Shown here: positions 36,949 to 46,556 of the stretch, piece by piece
Position numbering within the stretch: position 1 is the first letter of the stretch
Layout of the letters: each line of letters starts with the position of its first letter
From: Bacteroidales bacterium
Lineage (GTDB): Bacteria; Bacteroidota; Bacteroidia; Bacteroidales; UBA1402
Direction of reading: 5' to 3'
NCBI GenBank assembly: GCA_045627385.1
Contig: JAZQNO010000025.1
Coordinates: 5,147 to 69,146, forward strand
DNA length: 64,000 nucleotides
Position numbers and translations under genes: made by a program
Notes under the pieces: model-generated
Database searches by the model: none
Told to the model about the DNA's origin: nothing
The model's input: the letters and a program-made list of their open reading frames with translations, nothing else

Positions 36949-39003
36949 ATGAAACGTTCATTGCTCATCTCGGCGCTGATGACGGTCTTCCTGGCCGCAT
37001 CGTCCCTGTCGGCACAGGCTGCTCCCAATGCCAAACCTTGGGACAACGGAAAACTTCAGGTTTCTGAAAACGGCCGTTATTTGGTCCATGAAAACGGCGA
37101 ACCTTTCTTCTGGCTCGGCGAAACGGCATGGCTGGTGACCTCGCGTTTGCAGCGCGAAGAAGTCGATTTCTATCTCAACAACCGCGCACGCAAAGGTTTC
37201 AATGTGATTCAGGCTTCCGTATTCCATTACGCTCCCCAATACAATGTCTATGGCGAATGCGCCACTCCCAACGGCTTCGATTTCAAGAAGATCGACCAGC
37301 CTGGCCGTTACGGCTACTGGGATCATGTGGATTATGTGGTCGATGCGGCCGCTCAGCGCGGCATGTATGTGGCCATCGTCTGCTGCTGGGGCTCCATCAT
37401 TGTCCGCGGCGGTCACATGACGGTGGACGATGCCAAGAAATACGGCAAGTTCCTGGGCGAACGCTACAAAGACAAACCCAACATCATCTGGGTCATCGGC
37501 GGTGATGTCGAGCCCGACCGCATGCCCGGCAACCTGGATGTCTGGAACGCCCTCGCTACCAGCATCAAGGCTGTCGACAAGAATCACCTGATGACCTACC
37601 ATCCCGGTGGACGCGAGAGCAGCGCAGACAAACTGAACGATGCACAGTGGCTGGATTTCAACATGTTCCAGTCGGGTCACCGCCGCTATGGCCAGAATTT
37701 CGGCCAATTGTGGGGCTATCCCATCGAACAGGGTACAGAAGAAGACAACTGGCGATATGTGGAAAAAGCTTACAAGATGGATCCCGTGAAGCCTATTCTC
37801 GATGGTGAACCCAGCTATGAAGGCATACCTCAAGGACTTCGCAGCCCGAATGAGCCTTACTGGCAGCCCTCCGATATCCGCCGTTATGCCTATTGGTCGG
37901 TCTTCGCAGGCAGCTGCGGACACACCTATGGCGACAATGCCGTGATGCAGTTCTACATCCCGTCTATCGTACCTTCGTTCTATCCGCTTCTGCCCTGGTA
38001 TGAAGCTGTGGACGAACCGGCAAGCTTCCAGATGATTCATCTGAAGAACCTGATGACCTCCTTCCCCTTCACGACAGGCGTGCCCGCTCAAAATGTCATC
38101 AAGAGCGAACAGGGTGAAAAGTATGAGCGTCTGATCGCCACCAAGGGTGAAGATTATCTGATGGTCTACGACTATACCGGTCGTGAAATCACCGTCGACC
38201 TGTCGGCCATCGCCGGCAAGAACAAGAAGGTCTTCTGGTTCAATCCTGAAGACGGTGCCGTCACTTTCATCGGCCAGTTCAACGGCGAACAGAGTTTCAA
38301 ACCCGAAGGTGTGCACGCCCCTGGCAACGACAAGGTGCTGGTGGCATATGACAATGCCAAATCTTATCTCGAATGCGATGCCGCCGTGGCCGCTCAGGTG
38401 ACGGAAGTCAAAGCTGCTGCCGCTGCTGTCGTGTCTGACAATGCCAATATCAAGAAGGCTACCGAATGGGTTAGCAGCCTCGAACTGAAAGATCCAGCCA
38501 AGGAAGCCCGTCTGGTCAGAGTCATTTCCACTCATCTCAATGCCGTGCGCGATTATCACAACGAGCATGCCGGTGACATCCCCGACGGCGCCATCGATCC
38601 CCGCACGGGCCGCAAACTCTCGGGCATCGAACGTCAGGTGCTGGCTGATTCCGGCATTCCTTCCAGCGTTCGCCAGAATCTGCTGGACGGTCTGAACGCC
38701 GATCTGACTCCCGAACAGGTGGAAGCGATTTTGGACAAATACACCGCCGGAAAGGTGGCTTTCACCTTCAAGGCTTACAGCGAGATGTTCCCGGAAATGA
38801 GTGTCGAGGACTCCACTGTAGTCATGAACAATCTCAAAGAGGCTCGTCTGAATGCCATCGATTTCAAGAATATGAAGGAAATCTCCCAGATCTTTGAAAT
38901 CTACAAAACCAAGAACGAACAGTATTTCACTGAAACCGGCCGCGACTGGAAGACCTATTACAAAGCCTATGTGGCGCGTTTGAATGCCGCCAAAGGAAAA
39001 TAA
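36949..39003 (+). CDS. GH140-like apiosidase (DUF4038 + beta-sandwich) fused to C-terminal DUF3826-like domain
   Basis: PFFWLGETAW, KGFNVIQ, NIIWVIGGD, WLDFNMFQSGH, KPILDGEPSYE, GHTYG. Ala-rich linker then LTPEQVEAILDKYT..KVAFT..ISQIFEIYKTKNEQY. Confidence 0.8.
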   Translation: MKRSLLISALMTVFLAASSLSAQAAPNAKPWDNGKLQVSENGRYLVHENGEPFFWLGETAWLVTSRLQREEVDFYLNNRARKGFNVIQASVFHYAPQYNVYGECATPNGFDFKKIDQPGRYGYWDHVDYVVDAAAQRGMYVAIVCCWGSIIVRGGHMTVDDAKKYGKFLGERYKDKPNIIWVIGGDVEPDRMPGNLDVWNALATSIKAVDKNHLMTYHPGGRESSADKLNDAQWLDFNMFQSGHRRYGQNFGQLWGYPIEQGTEEDNWRYVEKAYKMDPVKPILDGEPSYEGIPQGLRSPNEPYWQPSDIRRYAYWSVFAGSCGHTYGDNAVMQFYIPSIVPSFYPLLPWYEAVDEPASFQMIHLKNLMTSFPFTTGVPAQNVIKSEQGEKYERLIATKGEDYLMVYDYTGREITVDLSAIAGKNKKVFWFNPEDGAVTFIGQFNGEQSFKPEGVHAPGNDKVLVAYDNAKSYLECDAAVAAQVTEVKAAAAAVVSDNANIKKATEWVSSLELKDPAKEARLVRVISTHLNAVRDYHNEHAGDIPDGAIDPRTGRKLSGIERQVLADSGIPSSVRQNLLDGLNADLTPEQVEAILDKYTAGKVAFTFKAYSEMFPEMSVEDSTVVMNNLKEARLNAIDFKNMKEISQIFEIYKTKNEQYFTETGRDWKTYYKAYVARLNAAKGK

Positions 39004-39038
39004 TCCGTCAGTCTGTCAACATATACACTTTTATACAA

Positions 39039-41072
39039 ATGAAAAGAATGAAATTTGTCGCAAGCCTGTGCGCACTTGCTCTTTTGTCGCCGGCTCTGTC
39101 TGCTGAAGCAAAGCAGAAAACATACGATTGGAAGAAGGGCATTGTGGAAGAACAGTTTGTCTACACAAAGGCACCTTTTGCAGAGTGCCATTCGGCTTCC
39201 ATAGCCGAAACACCCGAAGGCCTCATCTGCACCTTCTTCGGCGGAACTAAGGAACGTCATCCGGATGTCTGCATCTGGGTAAGCCGCAAGCCTAATGGCA
39301 GTGACGAATGGACGGCTCCCGAAAAGGTGGCCGATGGTATCCTGCCCAACGATCCTGGCAAGTGGTCTTATGAAGATATGCAGGCCTGTGCCGAGTCGGC
39401 CAAGAAATATGGTGTCAGCACCGTTACCCGTGGCGCTTTTGATCCTCAGAAGGTTTCCTGGCCTTGCTGGAATCCTGTTCTGTATCAGGTGCCCGGGGGC
39501 GAACTGCTGCTCTTCTACAAAATGGGTCCGAGCCCCTCGCAGTGGCTTGGCCGAATGAAACGCTCCACCGACAATGGCCATGCTTGGTCGGAGGCTGAAG
39601 CGCTTCCCGACGGTATTCTCGGTCCTGTCAAGAACAAACCCGTAGAGGTGGACGGCAAACTCTTCTGCCCTTCAAGCAAAGAAGGTGATGGATGGCGTCT
39701 TTTCATTGACGTTACCCCCGACTGTGGCAAGACTTGGACTCAGATTGGTCCGCTCAACGAAAAGGCTCCCTGGCTGGCTATCCAACCCAGTATCCTTTTC
39801 CACAAGAACGGCGATCTTCAGATGCTTTTCCGCACCCGCAACCGTCGCGTAGGTACCACTTGGTCGCATGACGGTGGCAAGACCTGGACCCCCATCGACA
39901 GCACCAGCCTGCCTCAGAACAACAGCGGTACGGATGCCGTCACTCTCAAGGACGGCCGTCAGCTGATTGTCTACAACCACGTGCTCGACCGCAATGGGCA
40001 GCCCAAAGGCCCGCGCACTCCGCTCAACGTCTCTTTGTCGAAAGATGGCAAAAAGTGGTTCGCTTCGCTCGTTTTGGAAGATTCTCCCATCAGCCAGTAT
40101 TCCTATCCGGCTGTCATTCAGTCTTCCGACGGTTATGTGCATATTGTTTATACCTGGCGTCGCCAGCGTATCAAATATGTGAAGATTGATCCGAAACAAC
40201 TGCAGATGGTGAAGATGAAAGGTGAAGTCTGGCCTGGTATGGAGAACGCATACGGTCCGGAAAAGCCCAAGAGTTCTTTCCAGATTTCTGTCTGTGACTG
40301 GATGATGCTGAAACGTCAGACCGACGGCGCCATCAGTCTTGCCCGCGAGATCGGCTGCGACGGTGTGGAGGTCGATATGAACAGCCTGAGTAAGAATCCT
40401 ACTTTTGCCAGTCGTTTCAAGAACAATCCTGCCGAACTGCAGCATTACCGCAGTCTGGCTGCCAATACGGGCGTCAAGGTGTCGTCTGTAGCGATGTCGG
40501 GTTTCTATGCCCAGTCGTTTGCCACTCGCGAGAGCTACATCGAGCCTATCACCGACTGCATCGATGTGTGCAAGGGTTTGGGTGTGAAAGTCTGTTTCCT
40601 CCCGCTCGGTGTCACTTCCGATTTGGCCAAGAATCCTGAACTCCGTCCGCAGGTGGTCAAGCGTCTGAAAGAGGTGGCCCCCTATGCTGAAAAGGCAGGT
40701 GTGATTATCGGTATCGAAACCACTCTTGATGCCGCCGGCGAAAAAGCGCTTCTCCGTGAGGTTGGAAGTCCGGCAGTGAAGAGCTATTTCAATTTCCAGA
40801 ATCCCATTCAGGGTGAAGGCCGCGATATCTACGAGGAAATCCGCCTGTTGGGTGATGATATCTGTCAGATTCATTGCACCAACAAAGATGGTGTATGGCT
40901 CGAGAATGACCCCGAGGTGGATATGCCGAAGATTAAGGAAGTTCTTGAGGAAATCGGTTATTCGGGCTGGCTGGTGATGGAACGTTCGCGCGACGCACGT
41001 GACAGCCGCAATGTCCGCAAGAACTATGGTGCCAACTGTGCCTACCTCAAGAGCGTCTTCCAGCCGGAATAA
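39039..41072 (+). CDS. GH33/BNR sialidase-like (candidate Kdo hydrolase) fused to a sugar isomerase/epimerase-type TIM barrel
   Basis: Signal peptide. ECHSASIAE, FGGTKE, WNPVL, Asp-boxes STDNGHAW / TPDCGKTW / SHDGGKTW / SKDGKKW, GPVKNKP, YSYPAVI. Then VCDWMMLKRQ..GIETT..QIH..LVMER. Confidence 0.75.
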   Translation: MKRMKFVASLCALALLSPALSAEAKQKTYDWKKGIVEEQFVYTKAPFAECHSASIAETPEGLICTFFGGTKERHPDVCIWVSRKPNGSDEWTAPEKVADGILPNDPGKWSYEDMQACAESAKKYGVSTVTRGAFDPQKVSWPCWNPVLYQVPGGELLLFYKMGPSPSQWLGRMKRSTDNGHAWSEAEALPDGILGPVKNKPVEVDGKLFCPSSKEGDGWRLFIDVTPDCGKTWTQIGPLNEKAPWLAIQPSILFHKNGDLQMLFRTRNRRVGTTWSHDGGKTWTPIDSTSLPQNNSGTDAVTLKDGRQLIVYNHVLDRNGQPKGPRTPLNVSLSKDGKKWFASLVLEDSPISQYSYPAVIQSSDGYVHIVYTWRRQRIKYVKIDPKQLQMVKMKGEVWPGMENAYGPEKPKSSFQISVCDWMMLKRQTDGAISLAREIGCDGVEVDMNSLSKNPTFASRFKNNPAELQHYRSLAANTGVKVSSVAMSGFYAQSFATRESYIEPITDCIDVCKGLGVKVCFLPLGVTSDLAKNPELRPQVVKRLKEVAPYAEKAGVIIGIETTLDAAGEKALLREVGSPAVKSYFNFQNPIQGEGRDIYEEIRLLGDDICQIHCTNKDGVWLENDPEVDMPKIKEVLEEIGYSGWLVMERSRDARDSRNVRKNYGANCAYLKSVFQPE

Positions 41073-41115
41073 TTCTGTGTGGAGTTTGATTCGTGACTCC
41101 AGTTCAAAATCGGAT

Positions 41116-41146
41116 AAAAGGAGAGGGGTGTCCCTCTCCTTTTTTT
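41116..41146 (+). terminator. Intrinsic (possibly bidirectional) terminator closing the pectin cluster
   Basis: AAAAGGAGAGGG-GTGT-CCCTCTCCTTTTTTT. Confidence 0.9.
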
Positions 41147-41250
41147 ATGACATTCCGGCTTTGGCTCGGATAGCAGAATCGTTATGAATTCGATCTATTC
41201 CAGCCGATAGTCGACCATAGATCGATCATCTGCCCGTGACAGGTAGTAAG

Positions 41251-41289
41251 TCCGTTGTTCCTTCGTTGTTCCTCCGTTGTACCTCCGCT
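41251..41289. repeat. 11-bp tandem repeat, about 3.5 units
   Basis: TCCGTTGTTCC TTCGTTGTTCC TCCGTTGTACC TCCGCT. Confidence 0.75.
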
Positions 41290-41461
41290 TTTTTAACAGA
41301 CAAAAAATCGGAACACATCGAAATCACTTTTGAAACGCTTCAGACAGTAAACTGCGATGTTTGCCATTGTATGAATAATGAATATTTACTACATATATTT
41401 CCATGTAGATGTTAAATCTTTTACGAAATGTGTGTATAGAAGAGATTTTTTTGCATTTTTT

Positions 41462-41492
41462 TTTGTTTCCGAGAAATATTAGCATAATTTTG
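41462..41492 (+). promoter_or_regulatory. Bacteroidetes promoter for susC/susD operon
   Basis: TTTG-N19-TAATTTTG in an AT-rich intergenic region. Confidence 0.75.
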
Positions 41493-41674
41493 CCTTTTTA
41501 AAAAGGAAAATCTGTATAGATTACGTATAAATATGGAGTAGAAAAGCTGTGAATCGCACTGGGTCTATGCTTCGGCATCTTTGAGACCGAAACGTTCCAA
41601 GGAGCTTGAAAATATGCCCTTATGTAGCTTTCAGAGTGACACTATATCAAGTTTTATCAATAAATTCAATCACA

Positions 41675-44600
41675 ATGAGAAGAAAACGTATGTTTTTGCT
41701 GACTTGTCTTCTCGCAATGACAAGTCTGGTGTTTGCCCAGTCTCAGAAGATCACAGGTACTGTGGTTTCAGCTGATGACGGACAAGCAGTGATCGGTGCC
41801 TATGTCATGATTGCCGGCACCAGTCAGGGAACCGTCACCGATGTTGACGGCCAGTTTTCATTGAATGCTGCCCCCGGCACCAACCTCCAGGTATCCTTCA
41901 TGGGTATGGAGACCGTTCAGGTTGCAGCTTCCAATGGTATGAAAGTTACCCTTCAGCCCAGCACCAAGAATCTGGACGAGATCGTGATGGTCGCTTACGG
42001 TACCGCCAAGAGACAGTCTCTGACCGGTTCTGTGGCATCTGTCAACACCGAAACTCTCGAAAAGATCGTCTCCACCAGCGTTACCGGCGCCTTGGAAGGT
42101 GCCGCTCCCGGTGTGCAGGTCAACAACACTTATGGTGAGCCCGGTACCGATCCTACCATCCGTATCCGTGGTTTCGCTTCCATCAATGGTAGCAACGCTC
42201 CCCTGTATGTGTTGGACGGTGTGCCCTACGACGGCAACATTTCCGACCTCAACTCCAGCGATATCGAGTCCATCTCCGTGCTGAAGGACGCTTCCTCCGC
42301 AGCCCTTTACGGTAACCGCGCCGCCAACGGTGTCGTGCTGATCAGCACCAAAAAGGCCAAAATGAACGTGAAGCCTGTTGTCGCCCTCATGACCAACCAG
42401 GGTGGTTACACCCGCGGTATCAAGGAGTACGAGCGTCTTGCAGCTGATCCTTGGATGGAACTCCAGTGGACCGGTCTGAAGAACTATGCCATGACCTTGC
42501 CTTCACTGTCGATGGATGCCGCCAGCGCCGCCAGCTACGCTACCGCCCATCTGGTAAGCGATGTGCTTCAGAACAACATCTACGACGCAGCCGACGACGC
42601 TCTGTTCGATGCCAACGGCAAGCTCACCGCCAAGATGTTGCCCGGTTATGACGACCTCGATTGGGAAGAAGCCCTTGAAAGAGTCGGCCGCCGTCAGGAA
42701 TACACCGCTTCCTACACCGCCAGCTCGGAACTCTACAACGTTTACGCTTCTGTCGGTTATCTGAACGAGGAAGGTTACGTAATCAACACCAACTTCGAAC
42801 GCTACTCGGGACGTGTCAACACCACCTTCACCCCGACCAAGTGGTTCAAGGGCGGTGTCAACCTCGGTGTATCCCAGCAGAACCAGAACTACAACTCGAA
42901 TGCCAACGGTACGTACTTCGCCAACCCGTTCTATTTTACGCGTTACACCTCTCCCATCTTCCCCGTCTATCTGCACAATGCTGATGGTACCTATATCTAT
43001 GATGCTGACGGCAACAAGCAGTTCGATACCACTTCTCCTTATCTTGGCAACCGCCACATCGTCTTCGAACGTCTGACCGACGTCGAGAACAATTCGCGTC
43101 TCACTTTGGACGCCACGGCCTTCGCCACCATCACCCTTCCCGCCAACATCCAGTTGACCGTCAAGGGAAACAAGTATCTGAAGACCCTCCACTATTCGGA
43201 GTACAACAACCCCGAAATCGGTGACGGCGCCGCCAACAACGGCCGTTTCACCGATGCCAACTACCACTACGAGACCATCAACTTCCAGCAGCAGCTCTAC
43301 TGGGAGAAGGATTTCGAAGACCACCACATCGATGTGCTGGCCGCTCACGAAAGTTACTCCTACGATATGATCTATTCCAGAACCATGAACACCAACATGG
43401 CTCTTGGCGGCATCTACACGATGGGTAACTTCACCTCTCCTTCCAGCCAGAGTGGCGCTGCCGATGCCGACGCATCCGAATCCTATCTCGGACGTATCCG
43501 CTACAACATGGCTGAGAAATACTTCTTCGACGCTTCTTTCCGTCGTGACGGTTCTTCCCGTTTCCACAAGGACAACCGCTGGGGTGACTTCTATTCCTTC
43601 GGTGCCGCTTGGGACATCGCCAAGGAAGACTTCATGGCCGACGTTGACTGGACCGACTATCTGAAGCTTCGCGCTTCCTACGGTGAAGTGGGCAACAACT
43701 ACAACGACCTCTACGCCTATCAGGCTCTGTACGAACTCGACAAGAACGGCGGCAGCGGTGCCCTCTACAAACAGGCTCTGTCGGCTACCGAACTGCAGTG
43801 GGAAACCACCAAGACCATCGACGTCGCATTGGAAGGCCGCTTCTTCAACCGCCTCAACGCCAGCATCGGATACTTCGACAAGATTTCCGACGGTTTGATT
43901 TTCGCCGTCAAACTGCCTGCATCTGCCGGTGCCTACATCTGGGGCGACTCCGGCTCCTATAACCTCGAGCAGCTCGCCAACATCGGTTGCGTCGCCAACA
44001 GAGGTCTTGAAATCGCCGCCGACGTGGATCTCGTCAAGACCCGCAACTTCAAGTGGAACCTGGGTGCCGATGCCACCATCATGAAGAATGTCATCGAAAC
44101 CCTGCCTGACCACGAAGACATCGTCAACGGTTCTATCCGCCGTCTCACCGAAGGCCGCTCCATCTACGAGTTCTACACCTACCACTTTGAAGGTGTCGAC
44201 CAGCTGACCGGTAACTCTCTCTACACCATCGATCCCGCCAAGGCCGATGCAGCCGCACAGGCCGGCAACCTTGTCAACATCAACGGTAAGGCCTACACCG
44301 ACAAGACCGACTTCGCCATCAAGGGCTGGAACGGTTCCGCTCTGCCCAAGGCCTATGGCTCCATCCATACCGATTTCACCTACAAGGGTCTGTCTCTGAA
44401 TGTCCTGACGACCTACTCTCTGGGTGGCCTCGTATATGACAGCAGCTACCAGACGCTGATGCAGACCTCTTCTCAGAGCGCCGATGCCCAGCACGTCGAC
44501 CTGCTGAACTCTTGGACCGCAGCCCCCGACGGTATGACAGAAACTTCCGCCAACCGTATCGATCCCAACGGAATTCCCGTTCTCAACGACTATCTCTCTC

Positions 44601-44863
44601 CGTACAACAACGCCACCAGCGACCGTTGGCTGACAGATGCTTCCTACCTTGTTCTGAAGAACATCTCGTTGTCTTACCAACTGCCCGCCAAGATCGTCCG
44701 CAAGCTCGACCTGAGCAGCATCCAGCTGAATGCCGGCATCGAGAACGCTCTCACTCTGACTGCCCGTCAGGGTCTGAACCCGCAGTACGGCTTCAGCGGT
44801 GGCGATGACAACACCTACACCACGGCCCGCATCTTCTCCGTTGGCGCAACTGTGAAATTCTAA
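41675..44863 (+). CDS. SusC/RagA-family TonB-linked outer membrane protein
   Basis: GTVTDVDGQFSL N-terminal extension, VAYGT, PLYVLDGVP, DIESISVLKDASSAALYGNRAANGVVLISTK, RRDGSSRF, C-terminal F. Start at ATG 41675. Confidence 0.95.
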   Translation: MRRKRMFLLTCLLAMTSLVFAQSQKITGTVVSADDGQAVIGAYVMIAGTSQGTVTDVDGQFSLNAAPGTNLQVSFMGMETVQVAASNGMKVTLQPSTKNLDEIVMVAYGTAKRQSLTGSVASVNTETLEKIVSTSVTGALEGAAPGVQVNNTYGEPGTDPTIRIRGFASINGSNAPLYVLDGVPYDGNISDLNSSDIESISVLKDASSAALYGNRAANGVVLISTKKAKMNVKPVVALMTNQGGYTRGIKEYERLAADPWMELQWTGLKNYAMTLPSLSMDAASAASYATAHLVSDVLQNNIYDAADDALFDANGKLTAKMLPGYDDLDWEEALERVGRRQEYTASYTASSELYNVYASVGYLNEEGYVINTNFERYSGRVNTTFTPTKWFKGGVNLGVSQQNQNYNSNANGTYFANPFYFTRYTSPIFPVYLHNADGTYIYDADGNKQFDTTSPYLGNRHIVFERLTDVENNSRLTLDATAFATITLPANIQLTVKGNKYLKTLHYSEYNNPEIGDGAANNGRFTDANYHYETINFQQQLYWEKDFEDHHIDVLAAHESYSYDMIYSRTMNTNMALGGIYTMGNFTSPSSQSGAADADASESYLGRIRYNMAEKYFFDASFRRDGSSRFHKDNRWGDFYSFGAAWDIAKEDFMADVDWTDYLKLRASYGEVGNNYNDLYAYQALYELDKNGGSGALYKQALSATELQWETTKTIDVALEGRFFNRLNASIGYFDKISDGLIFAVKLPASAGAYIWGDSGSYNLEQLANIGCVANRGLEIAADVDLVKTRNFKWNLGADATIMKNVIETLPDHEDIVNGSIRRLTEGRSIYEFYTYHFEGVDQLTGNSLYTIDPAKADAAAQAGNLVNINGKAYTDKTDFAIKGWNGSALPKAYGSIHTDFTYKGLSLNVLTTYSLGGLVYDSSYQTLMQTSSQSADAQHVDLLNSWTAAPDGMTETSANRIDPNGIPVLNDYLSPYNNATSDRWLTDASYLVLKNISLSYQLPAKIVRKLDLSSIQLNAGIENALTLTARQGLNPQYGFSGGDDNTYTTARIFSVGATVKF

Positions 44864-44882
44864 GATCGGCAAACCACATTAA

Positions 44883-46526
44883 ATGAACATTATTATGAAA
44901 CATATCAATAAGATTTTTCTGGGAGCCCTGGCAAGTCTGACGATGTTCGCCTGCTCCGATGATTTTCTTGAGACAAGCCCGACGTCTTCGGTTGCGACCG
45001 GTGTCACCTTCTCGACCACCGAAAACGTGAAACTGGCCGTCAACGGTCTGGCTTATCTGCTCACCACCCAGCACAGCGCTTACAGCCAGGGTTGCTGCGG
45101 TGAGAACTATGTCCGCTCCATCTATCAGGAATATCCTTCTCAGGAATATCGTTACAACCGTATGTCTGCCGGTTGGGCCGACGTCATGAACGGCGGTTCT
45201 TATTTTTCCGTTTCCACGACACGTTATTCGAGATATGCCTGGAACGTGTATTATGAAATCATCTCCGGTGCCAATTCCATCATCTGCAATGTAGATGGCG
45301 CAACCGGAAGCGATGCCGAGAAAAAGTTCTATAAGGCTCAGGCGCTGGCCTTCCGTGCCTACTGTTACGAGAAACTGCTCCAGTACTACAGCGTCCGTTG
45401 GAAAGATTCCGACAACGGTGCCGCTGACGGTGTGGTCATGCGTATCGACGAATCTACCGGCGACCAGGCCGTCTCCAGCATGAAAGCCTGCTACGACCAG
45501 ATTTACGCCGACCTCGATCAGGCCATCCAGTGCTTCACCGAAAGCGGTCTCGACCGTGCTGCCACCGATGTATGGCTTCCCAACCTGGCTACCGCTTATG
45601 CCGTCTATGCCCGTGCCGCTCTGGCCCGCGAAGACTATGCCAAGGCTCTGGATATGGCCACCAAGGCCCGCGCTGGATTTCCTCTGATGAGCAATGCCGA
45701 CTACCTCTCCGGTTTCTGCAATCCCACTTCGGAATGGATTTTCGGATGCTATGCCGGTACTGACGAGAACAACTGGTACTGGACCTTCGGTACCCAGTTT
45801 GCCTGCAACGGATACTATTCTCAGAAGACTCACTATGTTCCCTGCATCGAAAAGGAACTCACCGACCGCATGCCGACTGCCGACATCCGTATGTCGCAGT
45901 TCATCACCGTGGACAAGTTCTCCACTCCTTATGTGCCCGATGGCTCACAGGTTGAACAAACCTATGGTGACATTAAGGATCCCACTTGGAATGCCGAAGC
46001 TGTGGCTTATGTAGCCGCCTATCAGAGCACCAATGTGCCTAGCCTCGCTGCCACGCTGCCTGCATACACCTATGTCGATGATGGCGGTATGCCTGTCATC
46101 AGCCTGGGCGCTCAGCTCAAGTTCTGGGTGTTCGATCTGCCCGGTGTCTCCTACATCTGCAACATCCGTTCTTCCGAAATGGTGCTCATCCAGGCTGAAG
46201 CCAGCTATTTCCTCGGTGAGGAAACCGACGCCCAGAACTATCTGGTCGAGCTGAACGCCACTTCCGGACGTAACGCCGCCTACACCTGCTCCAAGACCGG
46301 TACCGCTCTGTTCGACGAAATCCGTGATTACCGCGAACTCGAACTCTGGGGCGAAGGCTTCAACTGGTTCGATATGAAGCGCTGGAAACTGGATATCGTC
46401 CGCAAGAGCTTTGCCGAGGGTGGCAACAGCCACGCTGCCACGGCTACGACCGTCGGTGCCACTTCTTACGATTGGAAATGGGCTATCCCCGACATCGAGT
46501 ACGAATACAACGGCGCCATCAAATAA
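44883..46526 (+). CDS. SusD/RagB-family outer membrane lipoprotein
   Basis: Lipobox MFAC-SDDFL, ALAFRAYCY, IYADLDQA, RSSEMVLIQAEA, RELELWGEGFNWFDMKRW. Alternative ATG at 44895. Confidence 0.93.
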   Translation: MNIIMKHINKIFLGALASLTMFACSDDFLETSPTSSVATGVTFSTTENVKLAVNGLAYLLTTQHSAYSQGCCGENYVRSIYQEYPSQEYRYNRMSAGWADVMNGGSYFSVSTTRYSRYAWNVYYEIISGANSIICNVDGATGSDAEKKFYKAQALAFRAYCYEKLLQYYSVRWKDSDNGAADGVVMRIDESTGDQAVSSMKACYDQIYADLDQAIQCFTESGLDRAATDVWLPNLATAYAVYARAALAREDYAKALDMATKARAGFPLMSNADYLSGFCNPTSEWIFGCYAGTDENNWYWTFGTQFACNGYYSQKTHYVPCIEKELTDRMPTADIRMSQFITVDKFSTPYVPDGSQVEQTYGDIKDPTWNAEAVAYVAAYQSTNVPSLAATLPAYTYVDDGGMPVISLGAQLKFWVFDLPGVSYICNIRSSEMVLIQAEASYFLGEETDAQNYLVELNATSGRNAAYTCSKTGTALFDEIRDYRELELWGEGFNWFDMKRWKLDIVRKSFAEGGNSHAATATTVGATSYDWKWAIPDIEYEYNGAIK

Positions 46527-46556
46527 TGTAGAACAAACCGAATAATTCAGATGATT

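Noticed and set aside
41251-41289. 11-bp repeats as CRISPR
   Set aside because: Units are adjacent with no spacers and are too short.
42503-44872. 789-aa minus-strand ORF and other long antisense ORFs (e.g. 23298-24827, 29398-30927, 36958-38568, 53945-55420)
   Set aside because: They shadow well-supported genes on the opposite strand, as expected with strong codon bias, and show no family motifs.
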